64,000 bases of DNA from contig MEDY01000134.1 in NCBI GenBank assembly GCA_001724265.1, forward strand, positions 1 to 64,000. The letters are read 5' to 3'. The notes under the pieces were generated by a model. It was given only the letters and a program-made list of their open reading frames with translations, did no database searches and had not been told where the DNA came from. This document shows, in pieces, positions 1 through 10,579 of the stretch. A program made the translations under genes and the position numbers. Position 1 is the first letter of the stretch, and the number at the start of each line of letters is the position of its first letter. The stretch is from Rhizaria sp. SCN 62-66. Its lineage: Eukaryota.

Positions 1-2274
1 TGTACACGGTGACCTCAAAGCGCTCAACTTTGTCTGGGGCGTGGAGGCTCAGGATACTCGTCCGAGCGTCAAGGTGTCCGACTTTGGCAACTCGAAGCTT
101 CACGAGACTGCGAGGAGTCTGTCAGTGACCCCTGGTACGTTTAATATTGACGAATTAATTTCGATTTTCTGATAACGAAATAACATATCCAATACTAAGT
201 TTGTGTTATTTAGCTTTCTCTCACCTTTTGATTGATTATCTTCTCGCTTCACATGCGCGCGATAGTCTCGTCAAATACGGGCACGGTGGGATGGATGGCA
301 CCAGAGCTGTTGAACTTGACCTCCCGGCAGACGGCGAAATCAGACGTCTATGCGCTGGGCATGACTCTGTACGAGATTGCGTTTGGTGTTATGCCTTTTG
401 CGAACCTGCCTTCCAATTTGGTCCGGTCCTCCGTGCTCGGAGGTGCACGGCCCACAGTTGACATTAGTGACTTTGACGACGTGAAGAATGACGCGTTCCT
501 GTCAGGCACGGAGCCAATGCCGGAGCTGATTGAGATGATTCGTAACTGCTGGGACGCTGACAGCAACAAACGGCCTCACATCGATGCTGTCCGCGAGAAG
601 ATCGACGGACTTCCCAGCGATGAACGTGCCGTTCGCGACTTCATGCTAAAGATTCTTGGCCGCAGTCCACCTCCGCAGCAGCTCTCTGTTAGTGGCGCAG
701 ACTTCGCAACGCGTGCCAGCCCGGCCATTATTCGGCAAACGTGTTCGGATGACTCTGGAGCCGTAAGCCTTGAGAACGTGACTCCTGTGACCGAGCCTAC
801 CCCCGCGAAGTCAGGCAGCATTCGCGCTACCGCGCCGGGCTCCAAAGCCTCGGGCTCAGCACTGGGCCAGTCAGAGCAATATACTGCTGCCGACGACGAA
901 GAGGAAGGAGGGACTTTAGCTGTCAAGTCAGATTTTGTCACCTCTACAGCAAGCCCAAGCCAGAGGCCCTTTGCCGTGAAGCCAGCGCAGAACATGCATC
1001 TGCTGCCGGTGCCTGTCTCGCAGCAAGCGCGCGGCAACGACTTAACGCAGGAGGGTGTGTACCGGTTGCAGCAAGTGACGAAAGCCCACTCTTACGCGGA
1101 CTCCAGTGATGTCCAGTTTGACGTCATCTACGCGTCGCCGTCGCCGACCGGCATCGTGGGCAGCTCTTCGACGTTGAATGCGCCAAGTGTGCCGCAGCGG
1201 CAGAGCTCGGGGCCGATCTCGCTCGATGCACTGACTGTGGCCGCTAATCGGGGTGACACCGATGCGATTCGTCAGCTTGTGCACTATTACACGCAGCCCG
1301 AGTCGGGCCGCTATAGCGCGTTTGACGCCAAGAAGTGGATGAAGAAGTTGGTCGACGTTGACGGAAGTTTCAACTACGAGTGCGCGCTTTGGCTCATGTC
1401 GCACAAGCTTGACTTGGACGATGCACATTACTTCTTACAAACCGCCTTTGCGCTGGGCCACCCGCGTGCAGAGGGCGCGCTGGCGGCGCTCGAAGCTGAC
1501 CGTGCTCTGGCGCGCAAAACAGTGGATTCACTGAGTGACGCTCAAAAGAACGACATTGTTAAACGGTTATAGCGTGGCATTGAGGCCGGTGACACCGCGT
1601 CAATGTTTACTCTTGGCCGCGCAATGCACGACGGGCTTTTCGGCCTCAGTAAGAACAAAGAGGCAGGGAATGCAATGATGCTGCGTGCTGGACATGCCGC
1701 GGAAGGCGAGGACTTCTACGGCCCCGCGGCTGCGTACTACGCGAAGAGGAAGCACTCTGCGCCTCATCTCCGGGCTGCGGCAGAGGCGGGGCAGACCGAA
1801 GCTCAGCTCTCTCTGGGCGAAAACATCGCCGGCAGCGGCGACCACGTCACAGGGCTTAAGTGGGTCCACATCGCCGCCGATGCAGGCGACGTGTGGGCTC
1901 TGATTTGTCTCGCCGAGATAAGCTTCAACGGACTGTACGGACAGCCGCGTAGCACAACCGACTCGTTTGAGTATGCGTTCCGCGCGAGCTCGACGGAACA
2001 CCCCGCCGGGCAGACGGAACTGGCGATGCACTACGTGCTTGGGGCGGGCACCGCGCAAAACCAGAGGCTCGGCGCGGGTATGCTGCAGGATATCGTGAAT
2101 CGGACGGGCAACGACGAGGCCATCTACTGGCTCGCTAAGTGTATGGCTGAAGGATGGGGCGTTACGCGAAATTTGCGAGACGCCAAAGCTTTGCTGCAAA
2201 ACGCAGTACGTTGCGAGAAAGTTATGGATTTGTTTCGTCTCATTGACAGTTACCAAAGCAGGAGTCCCATGTGA
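1..2274 (+). CDS. TKL-type Ser/Thr kinase plus Sel1-like repeats, 5'-partial; exons <1-134 and 266-2274; one in-frame TAG at 1570-1572 (nonsense allele/pseudogene or readthrough)
   Basis: Frame 2 from base 2 reads VHGDLKALN...VKVSDFGNSKL. A phase-1 intron 135-265 (GTACGT...ATAG) joins it to VSSNTGTVGWMAPE...KSDVYALG. After a linker come Sel1-like repeats, which continue in the same frame past the TAG to TGA at 2272-2274. Clear paralogue of 13290-16663. Confidence 0.85.
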
Positions 2275-2626
2275 TGACGCTTCGAACCGTCACGCTGTAA
2301 TAGTCACAAGGGCAACTATATCTTTGTTTTGTTTTGTTACTCGCTAAACTTAACACCTGATACGTACTACCTCATGTCAAATCTTGTACATCGATCTTCT
2401 TTGTATTTGATCTTGAATCAATTGCATTACACTCTTTGAAAATACTCACAACGATCAAGAAAACAAAACGAAACCATAATCATAAACACACAAAACCACA
2501 CTAAAAACATGATTTTATCAACAATACGCATGGGCACACGTTATGTGCCTGCGCGAATCTTTCAATCACAACAACAACAACAACAACAACACGTCTCGTC
2601 GTCACATTTGCACATGATGCGTGCAT

Positions 2627-4270
2627 TTACTGTTGTCCGCCGTTCTTGATGACCTGCGCAAGCTCCTTCGCGGCCGCCGCGACCTTGGCATCCGCGCTGG
2701 CGCTCCAGTCGGCCGCCATATCGCCGACGCCCATGGCCTGCACGAACTCGTGCAGCGACACGGCGCCGTCGCTGTCGCCGCCGCCGCCGCTGCCGCCGTC
2801 GCCGCCCGCGCCGACAAGGAGCGTGCCGACGACGACGATGAGGCGGTAGAGGATCGCCGCGCTGCCCGCGCTGGTGACGTCGGCGCCAACGCCCGCGGCG
2901 AGCGCCTCAACGACGGCGTTGAGCAAGTAAACCTGCGCGTCGGTGACGCTCAGCGCGGGGTCGCGGCGCGGCGAGCGGGCTGCCAAGTCGAGCGTGATGG
3001 TGAGGTTGATCAGCACGGCCAGCGTCGACACTACGACGGGCTCGTCCGCGGCAAACCGCGCGAGGTTGTCTGCGCACAGGTCGACGATGTCGTCGTACGC
3101 ACGCGCCGCGAGAGCGCGCATCTTCATGCGGTCGAACGCGTTAGCGACTGCGCGGACCGATAGCACTGCCACCGTCTGCGTCGCGGCGCCCTTGCTCGCG
3201 CGGCACAGAGCGGCGAGCGCGTTGGGCGCACCCGCGCCGGGGCCCGCGCGCGGGATGGCCTTGCCGGCGCACAACCCGTCGCAGCCGGCGCCCGTGGCGG
3301 CGAGCCCGCGGACGAGGTGCAGTGCGGAGCCGAGCTGGTCGGCGGGCCAGGCGAGGAGCTGACCCACGGCGGCGAACATCTCGTCGTCAACCAGCAGCGG
3401 CTGCGAGCCAGAAGACGCGGCGGCAAGCGCGGCGCACAGCGCAAGCAGCGGCGCCTTGAGTGCGGCGGCGGACGCGAAGCCGGGGCTGTACAGCGCCTCG
3501 GCTACGGCGGACGCGTCGAGAGTGGCGGCGATCTTCTCCGCGACTTTGTCGTACATGACGGCCTTGTAGAACACCATCTCGCGCTCGACAAGCGGAAAGT
3601 GCACAAAGCGGCGCGCGTTGCGGCGGGTCTCCTCGGCCTCCTCGGCCAGCGCGTAGATGAGTGAGCGCATACGGTTAAGATCGACGCCGCGGACGGTCTC
3701 GCGGCACTCGCCGTCGGGCGCCGCGTAGAACTTGAACGTCGGGTACGCGGTAATGTCGGCGTGGCGCGCGGTCGAGAGCAGGCGCTCGCAGTTGACCTTG
3801 ATGAACACGGCGCGACCGGCGAGGGAAGCGGCGAGCTCGGCGAAGCGCGGGGCAACCATCTTGCAGGGGCCGCACCAAGTGGCGAAGTAGTCAACGGCGA
3901 CGGGGAATCCTTCCTTAAGCGCGCGCGCGAGCAAGGCGTCAAACGCGGCGTCGTCGGCGGGCTCATGCACAGTGCCAGTCGCGGCGCCTTTGGCGGCGGC
4001 GGTCGGGGCAGCAGCGGCAGCGGGGGCGGCGCCGGAGCCCATGCCACCACCCATACCGCCCATACCGCCGCCGCCGCCGCCGCCGCCGAGGGACTGCATC
4101 TTGGTGATAATCTTCATAAGCTCGGGGTCGCGCATGGCCTCCATAGCCTGGGACGGATCCGACATGAGGGATTGGAACTTGGCGAGGATGTCGGGGCGCT
4201 GCAGGAGCTCTGCGATCTCGGGGTCGCTCATCAGGCGCTCCGCCATCTGCATCATCGCGTTGTTATCCAT
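2627..4270 (-). CDS. STI1/DP-like domain + thioredoxin (WCGPC) + PUL-like domain protein
   Basis: The N-terminus has Met-rich DP repeats (LMSDPEIAELLQRPDILAKFQSLMSDP...MRDPELMKII), then a Gly/Ala linker and VDYFATWCGPCKMVAP. The C-terminal helical region starts HFPLVEREMVFYKAVMYDKVAEKI, resembling the PUL domain of PLAA/Ufd3. ATG at 4270, TAA stop. Confidence 0.8.
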   Translation of the reverse strand: MDNNAMMQMAERLMSDPEIAELLQRPDILAKFQSLMSDPSQAMEAMRDPELMKIITKMQSLGGGGGGGGMGGMGGGMGSGAAPAAAAAPTAAAKGAATGTVHEPADDAAFDALLARALKEGFPVAVDYFATWCGPCKMVAPRFAELAASLAGRAVFIKVNCERLLSTARHADITAYPTFKFYAAPDGECRETVRGVDLNRMRSLIYALAEEAEETRRNARRFVHFPLVEREMVFYKAVMYDKVAEKIAATLDASAVAEALYSPGFASAAALKAPLLALCAALAAASSGSQPLLVDDEMFAAVGQLLAWPADQLGSALHLVRGLAATGAGCDGLCAGKAIPRAGPGAGAPNALAALCRASKGAATQTVAVLSVRAVANAFDRMKMRALAARAYDDIVDLCADNLARFAADEPVVVSTLAVLINLTITLDLAARSPRRDPALSVTDAQVYLLNAVVEALAAGVGADVTSAGSAAILYRLIVVVGTLLVGAGGDGGSGGGGDSDGAVSLHEFVQAMGVGDMAADWSASADAKVAAAAKELAQVIKNGGQQ

Positions 4271-4739
4271 GATAACAAAGGGTCTACACAAGGATTATGA
4301 GAGGTGGAGCAAAGTATGTAACGATTCATAAAGTGTTTTTTTCGTACAAAGCTAGAAAGAAGAAAAAATGAAGGTTTCAAAGCACCACAAGGAATATCAC
4401 GAACTCCAGTGCTGTCAGCCGCTCAACGTCTCGAATGCCGATTGTATCAAGCTGGATGAAAGGGAAGATCACAGTTTCTCAGGGCGTAAAAAGCACAACA
4501 TAAAGAAAACATAGTAAATCGTAGCATACACAAACAAGACTCCATTCACACGCTCGCAATGCAACTATCGTATCGCTTTTTGGTTGGCTGACAAGGACGA
4601 TGTCAAAGCTGTAGCAGCAATAACTTTTGTGGCTAAAACGACATGTTCGGCTATATCAACATAAAACAAAGCAGAAGAGAAGCAGCCCAAGTAAATAAAA
4701 TTAGAGCGGTTGTATTTCTTGTTTATACCATGATATTAA

Positions 4740-7700
4740 TCAATAATGACACTGGAAGACGAACTGCAGACTGTCCGCATAGCTCTGCACAGCCTGCGGC
4801 GACAGATACGCCGCACTCTGCGCCAGCTCCGTCGCGAACGCCGCGATCAGCCCCTGCGCCTCACCGCGCACGCGGCGCCGCAGCGCGTCCTCTGAGAGCG
4901 GGGCCTCGGCGCCCGCGCGCGCGGCGACCTCGTGCAGCACCATCGGCGGCTGCGGAAACGCCATTGCGAGCTGGTCCGCCTTGGCTTCAAGTGCGGCCAC
5001 TCCCTGCAAAACGGCTGACAGCAGCTGGCCCTGCTTGCGCAGAATCGCGCGCGCCGCCGCGTGCAGCTGCACGGCTAGCGCGGCACTCGCGCCGGCCGCC
5101 GCAGCGCTGCTTCCGCTGCTCTCGGTGGCCGAAGCGCGCGCTGCGTCCGCGACCTTGGCCGCAGCAGTAGCGATATCTGTCAGTCCGAGAGCGAGAACGG
5201 CCCGCAAAGTCGCCCAGTAAGCGTCGTCAGCCGCGCCCGCGGCAAAGGCGCCCATGGCGGGCGCGGGGCCTATGAGCCAGCCTAGCGCGGACTCGATCGC
5301 GACGGCACCCATGGCCACGAGCGCCGGGACAACCACCTCCACGTGCTGCCGCGACGCGCGCCAGAACAGACTCACCTGGTCCAACAACACCCAGTGCGCG
5401 GCGCATGCCTGCAGCGCTGCGGAACCGTCGCGCGCAGTCACCACGCGCGGCGAATTGACGGCCCCCGCCGCAGCGGCCCCCACCGGGGCGGGGAGCGGGG
5501 CGAGACACGCGGCGAGCGCGGGGCCGAAGCGCCGCAGCATTTCGCGCATATGCGTGTGCGTGGGGGAGCCGCGGCGCAGCAGAGCCGTTGCCACGCCGGT
5601 CAGAGCGGGGTTCACGGCGTCCGGGCCGCAGGAAGGCGCGAACGGCGGCACTGCGGCGGCGGACGCAAACGCAGAGTCAACATCAACATCCGCACCCGTC
5701 GCAGCCACGCTCGAGCTCGCGTCGGACATCGCCGCAGCGGTGATGTTGGCTGCGGTGGCGGCAAGATCGGCCGCGAAGCGCATCGAGGGCCAGATGCCGA
5801 GAAATACGCACTCATTCAGCAGCGCCTGCGAGCGCGCGCGCGCGTTGGTGACCGCGGCCGCGTCGCTGACGTAGTCATGCGCGGCCGCCGAGCCGGGCAG
5901 CGCGCGCGCCGCGAACCCGCGCGCAAGGTGCTCGATGTCGGCAGCCGTGCCGCTCTCGCGGATCGTCGCATCAACAGTCACGGCAAGCGCGGCGGAGGCC
6001 TCGAGCATCGACGCGGCGGGCGGCGGCAGGGCGGGGTTGGCGCCCGCGGCGCTGGCGATGATGAGCTGGCCCTGCGAGAGGTAGTCGAACGGCAGCGGTT
6101 GCGCCGGGAACAGCGGGTGGAACGGCGGCGGCACGTGCTGCACCATGTTCTCGAAGAACGTAAGGCAGACGGAGCGCTCGATGACGCCGCGCACAAACAC
6201 GGCGTGGGGCCCCAGCGCGGGCTCCAGCAGCGCGGCCTCCCACCGCTCCCAGGGCCAGAGGAAGCTCGCGTTGGTGAAGTGGAACGCGTGAAACGCCGCC
6301 AAGCGCGCCGCCGCGGCGGGGACGAGGCGGCCGACACGGTCGAACAGCGCTAGCAGACGCGGTCCGAGCTGGCGGGGCACGGCAACGTCCTGGAGCTGTA
6401 AGTGGACGAGGAGGCGCATTGCGGCGGCGGGAGCCGGGCGGGCGCCGGCGCTGGGGGCGAGGAGCGCGGCGACAGCGGCGTCGACGACGGACGGGAGGCC
6501 CGACAGTGAAGCGGCGGGGGTCAGCGATGCCCCCCACTCAGCACTACTGTAGAACTTCACTGCAGCAGACGCAGAATCGCCGCCATTGCTCTCAGCGCCA
6601 GTGTTGTTGGCGTCGGGGCCCATAGTAGGGAGCGGGGGAAGCGTGAGCAGCGCGTGCGCGAGCTCGTCACGGAGACGGCCGTACGTCACGATACAGTCAG
6701 CGGCGGCAGTCTGCAGCACAAGAGCGTCGATACTCTCCGCAACAGCAGCAGCAGCAGTGCCGTTGCCGTTGATGCCGGGGTGCAGAGACGGCAGCGGCGC
6801 AGCGCGTGCGGGCGCCGGCACGCCCACCAACGCGACGCGAGTCGACTCGGTCACCACTGCATTCACAGGGTTAGATGTGGCGGTTGCATGAGTCGCAGAG
6901 CCGAGACGGCTGCGGGCGGGCGCGAGCGTTTGTAGCCTCGCGGCGGCCTCGGCGAGCGGCGCGGCGACCGCGGCGGCGAGCTCGGGCGCAGCGTGCCTCA
7001 GCTGCTGCTCGGTGTCCGCAGAGGCCGTGATGAGCTCAGCGCAGCGGGCGCGCGACGGTGCGAGCATTGAGTACACCGACACAAGCGTATGGTACCGCCC
7101 CTGCCCCTCCTCCTCAGACTGAGAGAGCGCGGCGGCGGAGGGCGCGCGGCCGAGGAACGCGGTCAACAGTGCCGTGGCCAGTGGGGGAAGCAACGAGAGA
7201 CTCGCCTCAGCCTCCGCCCCAGTAGTGGCACTCATATCGCCGGTAGCAGCAGCAGGAACATTGGGGTTGCTGTTGACGGTCTCCCAGACGGGGAACAGCG
7301 GGTGCGACCCGTTGCCGGCGCAGTGCACGGCGCGGGCGACGGCCCAGGCTTCGAGCCGCGGCAGCACGGCGGCAGCGAGCGCGGCGACGGCGGGCGCGGC
7401 GGCGGCGTCGGTGGCGGCCAACAGCTGCAGCAGAGGGTGGGAGTGCACGAGGGCGTCAGTGACGGCCTCTGCGATGGCGTCCGTCGCGGCCACGCTCAGC
7501 GCGGAGACGGACGCGGGCAGCGCCATCACAGTCGCGGCCACAGGGTTAGAGTCAGAGTCAGACGCTGCATCGGCAAGTGCGGGCACGCAGTCGGGCAGAG
7601 CGGCAATGGCGCCACTGGTGCCGTCGGTGCTTGCCTGTAACGTGGCCAGCAGCGCACCGAGTCCTCCAGCCGCGCTCGCACTCTCTGACTTGGCGGTAAC

Positions 7701-8600
7701 TTCGGTCTGCGTCGCTTCGGTCTGCGCGGAGTCTGTGTTCGTTTTGTTGTTGATATCGACAGCGCCGCAGTCAAGCAGCGCAATAGCAAGCGCGTGGAAC
7801 GCGCCCACGGTCATCACGCCCATCCCTGCGAGCGCGGCGGCGAAGCGGGTCAGCAGACGCAGCTGCAGCGCTGCCGCGGCGAGCGGCGACTCGGGTGCGG
7901 AGTCACGCGTCGGTGCGGCGCCGAAACCGCTGGCCAACAGGGCGGACAGCGCGGCCGCGGCCGCGGGGGCGGCGGGGGCCGCAGCGGGCAGCGCGAGCCC
8001 GGCGGCGGCGGCGCCGGTGCCGGGGGCGGGCACGGCGGCAGTGCATAGCGCGCGCGCGGCGGCGGCGAGGCGCTTGCTGAGCTCGAACGCAACGTATGCG
8101 CCGAAGCGCGCGCTGCCGCGGTTGTTGAGCTCGGCCGCAAGCGCGGCAAGCGGGAGTGTCTTGGTGGGCAGCGCGGCGGCGGCGCGCAGCAGGGCGTCGC
8201 AGTGCGCGGGGTAGTCGCGCTCGAGGGTGAGCGACAGCTGCTGCGCCGCACGAGTCAGCTGCTCGTCGAGGGAGATCGCGGACTCGGACGCTACAGCCGT
8301 GTCCAGGGGGACAAACTTCGGCAGCGCGGCAGCGTCGGGCGCGTCGGGCGCTGCGGCGTCTGCGGCGGCCTTTGCGCTGATGTAGACGTCTCCGAGGCGG
8401 ACGATGGTGCCGACTGCGCCGCCGACGGAGACAATGTCACTCTTCTTCTCAGCGGGCGCGGCGGGACGCGCGCTGTCGCGGGGCGCGTAGTGGCCGCCGC
8501 GACCACCGCCGCCGCCGCCGCCACGGCCGCCGCCACCGCGGGAGAAGCCGCCGCCACCACCACCACCACCACCACCGCGGTCGAACCTTTGATGCTGCAT
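4740..8600 (-). CDS. NCBP1: Nuclear cap-binding protein subunit 1 (CBP80), with N-terminal RGG-rich tail and Ala-rich insertions
   Basis: Motifs LPTKTLPLAALAAELN, FHAFHFTNASFLWPWERWE, RRGSPTHTHMREMLRRF and VSLFWRASRQHVEVVVPALV match the MIF4G-type segments of CBP80. Likely ATG at 8600, TGA stop. Confidence 0.82.
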   Translation of the reverse strand: MQHQRFDRGGGGGGGGGGFSRGGGGRGGGGGGGRGGHYAPRDSARPAAPAEKKSDIVSVGGAVGTIVRLGDVYISAKAAADAAAPDAPDAAALPKFVPLDTAVASESAISLDEQLTRAAQQLSLTLERDYPAHCDALLRAAAALPTKTLPLAALAAELNNRGSARFGAYVAFELSKRLAAAARALCTAAVPAPGTGAAAAGLALPAAAPAAPAAAAALSALLASGFGAAPTRDSAPESPLAAAALQLRLLTRFAAALAGMGVMTVGAFHALAIALLDCGAVDINNKTNTDSAQTEATQTEVTAKSESASAAGGLGALLATLQASTDGTSGAIAALPDCVPALADAASDSDSNPVAATVMALPASVSALSVAATDAIAEAVTDALVHSHPLLQLLAATDAAAAPAVAALAAAVLPRLEAWAVARAVHCAGNGSHPLFPVWETVNSNPNVPAAATGDMSATTGAEAEASLSLLPPLATALLTAFLGRAPSAAALSQSEEEGQGRYHTLVSVYSMLAPSRARCAELITASADTEQQLRHAAPELAAAVAAPLAEAAARLQTLAPARSRLGSATHATATSNPVNAVVTESTRVALVGVPAPARAAPLPSLHPGINGNGTAAAAVAESIDALVLQTAAADCIVTYGRLRDELAHALLTLPPLPTMGPDANNTGAESNGGDSASAAVKFYSSAEWGASLTPAASLSGLPSVVDAAVAALLAPSAGARPAPAAAMRLLVHLQLQDVAVPRQLGPRLLALFDRVGRLVPAAAARLAAFHAFHFTNASFLWPWERWEAALLEPALGPHAVFVRGVIERSVCLTFFENMVQHVPPPFHPLFPAQPLPFDYLSQGQLIIASAAGANPALPPPAASMLEASAALAVTVDATIRESGTAADIEHLARGFAARALPGSAAAHDYVSDAAAVTNARARSQALLNECVFLGIWPSMRFAADLAATAANITAAAMSDASSSVAATGADVDVDSAFASAAAVPPFAPSCGPDAVNPALTGVATALLRRGSPTHTHMREMLRRFGPALAACLAPLPAPVGAAAAGAVNSPRVVTARDGSAALQACAAHWVLLDQVSLFWRASRQHVEVVVPALVAMGAVAIESALGWLIGPAPAMGAFAAGAADDAYWATLRAVLALGLTDIATAAAKVADAARASATESSGSSAAAAGASAALAVQLHAAARAILRKQGQLLSAVLQGVAALEAKADQLAMAFPQPPMVLHEVAARAGAEAPLSEDALRRRVRGEAQGLIAAFATELAQSAAYLSPQAVQSYADSLQFVFQCHY

Positions 8601-9316
8601 GAGGTCTGGATTTGCGCAAGATGAGAGAGCGATCAAAGGAAATAGTAAGTTAATTTGGACATGATCTGACGTGTTTTACGGGTTCATTCAGTTGCAGTGT
8701 GACACAATTCGTGTGGGTTGAGATCCGAAGAAAACAGTTTGAACTCGGAGCTGACGCGGCGCGTTAGTGACGGAGCGATTGGATGAAGCGATATCGGAGC
8801 TGTTCGTAAGAATAATGGCATTCCCAAAATGCATTATTAATAGAATATAGATACGCGCTAGATAGGTATATTATATCAAATTGCAGCGCGATCTGGCGAT
8901 CATTCTTTGGCACTTATATGTGTTGAGCAAACTGCGAGACTGAACACTTCACTCGCCTCTTCCCTGTGGCATAGCACCCTTCGTCCCCGCTGTCGACAGC
9001 AACGGCCACTAGCTGCGGCACGAATGGCGTCGCCTGATACACTGTGTTTGACTCACGGGTTTGGTGTTGTATTCCTAGCTAGCGGCTGCTGTATTGGCTG
9101 TGACGAGCAGCTCGCGTCCCTTTGACTCGAAACACCGGACCACTCGAACATTAATTCTCTTTGATTTCCCACGACAGTGTCCTTCAAAAAACAAAAGCCG
9201 AATGATATCTAGTTTTATTTGTTGTAATAGTTGCGAAAGTGATGCCTTTTCTTCATAACTCACACATAATCTCTGTCATATTCCCAGTTTTCCGTTCCAT
9301 CCCCACAACAAGGTGA

Positions 9317-10030
9317 ATGCTACCTTTGTCGCATTGCGCCCGCGCTGCAGCGCCCCGCGCTCTCTTGCGAGGTTTTGCCAGTGCTACCGCATTTATCGGT
9401 CCGATCCCCGCCCCGCACTGCTCTCTCACCGCGTCCTGCCCATCCCTCAAAGCAGTGAGCGCTTCCTCACGCCCGGCAGTCGCTCACGCTCACGCTGCGC
9501 CAAGTGTGTTTCCTCGCCGTTTCCACTCTATCAGCGTTCTGAAGCACGCCCCCAATGACACCACGCCACGCTCCCATTTTGCATCACTGGCCACAGTTAC
9601 GGTTACTTCACCCGCTTTCGAGCCCACTATCGAGCTCCCCATAGTCAGTCTCACTCCGAACCAGTCAACGTACAGCAGTGAGACGCTTATCGAACCCATC
9701 GCAGCTGCGTCACACGACTCGGCGACTGCCAACGACAACGACGGCGCGTTGACTGTGGAAACGACGACTGAGGAGGATATCCGCGCAGTGTTGCTGGACA
9801 AGGTCGCGCCCGCCATCCGCGACGACGGCGGCGACATCGAGCTCGTCTCGTGGGACGCCGCCGCCGGGGAAGTCTGCGTCCGCTTGCTCGGCGCGTGCCG
9901 CTCTTGCGACCGCTCTACGGTCACCATGCGCATGCTCGTTGAGCGCGCGCTTAAGTTCTATCTGCCCGCAGTGCGGCACGTGCGGCGCGAGGAGCGCACG
10001 GAGCCCTACGAGCGCGAGTTCAACGGGTGA
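9317..10030 (+). CDS. Mitochondrial NifU/NFU-like Fe-S cluster carrier (C-terminal NifU domain only)
   Basis: Arg/Ala/Ser-rich presequence (ARAAAPRALLRGFAS) and a C-terminal VAPAIRDDGGDIELV...VRLLGACRSC motif with CxxC. Confidence 0.85.
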   Translation: MLPLSHCARAAAPRALLRGFASATAFIGPIPAPHCSLTASCPSLKAVSASSRPAVAHAHAAPSVFPRRFHSISVLKHAPNDTTPRSHFASLATVTVTSPAFEPTIELPIVSLTPNQSTYSSETLIEPIAAASHDSATANDNDGALTVETTTEEDIRAVLLDKVAPAIRDDGGDIELVSWDAAAGEVCVRLLGACRSCDRSTVTMRMLVERALKFYLPAVRHVRREERTEPYEREFNG

Positions 10031-10579
10031 GATTGCGCACTCATATCACATATTCGCCGTGTGTAAATGGGGCGATCAAGTTACATAGCACATTATTTAT
10101 AAAGATCGATCAGTGATACAGTATATTTCCACGTTTTGCATTGTTATATGCTTGTCAAGGTTGTCAACGGCAAGTGAAGATGAAGATGCATTTGTGACTG
10201 ACTCTTGCGATCGCACTGTGGTTGGTGAAACAGCATGATATGTGGCTTTGTTTGCCATCCGTATACCAGCCTAAATAAAGGGTCAACAATTATTGACAGC
10301 ACCAAAGGAATCGGACATTTGCATTGATATAGTGTTAGAATGTTGATTTTATTATAATGTTTTGATAAAACAGGACTATTTTGGAAACCTACCACGCGAC
10401 TCGTGACAAGCGAGAACGTTTCTGCTGGGCCACGCGCTGTTCCGCTGCTACGAACCGCATTCTACTTGAACTGTGAGGTAAATACGTAAATATTGGCCAC
10501 ATAAGTTGTTAACTACCCGTAGTTTTGGTCAGTCATCACATGCACTCATTAGACTTGCGCTTTTTTTTTTTTTTAAACG

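Noticed and set aside
1522-1572. A short in-frame GT-AG intron (15 or 51 nt) removing the TAG
   Set aside because: The donors do not fit the GTACG consensus, there is no pyrimidine tract, all confident coding introns exceed 100 nt, and the segment aligns as coding with the paralogue. It cannot be fully excluded without RNA data.
1603-2274. Treating the 223-aa Sel1 ORF as an independent gene
   Set aside because: It is in frame with the upstream kinase, only 30 nt after the TAG, and is colinear with the C-terminus of the intact paralogue.
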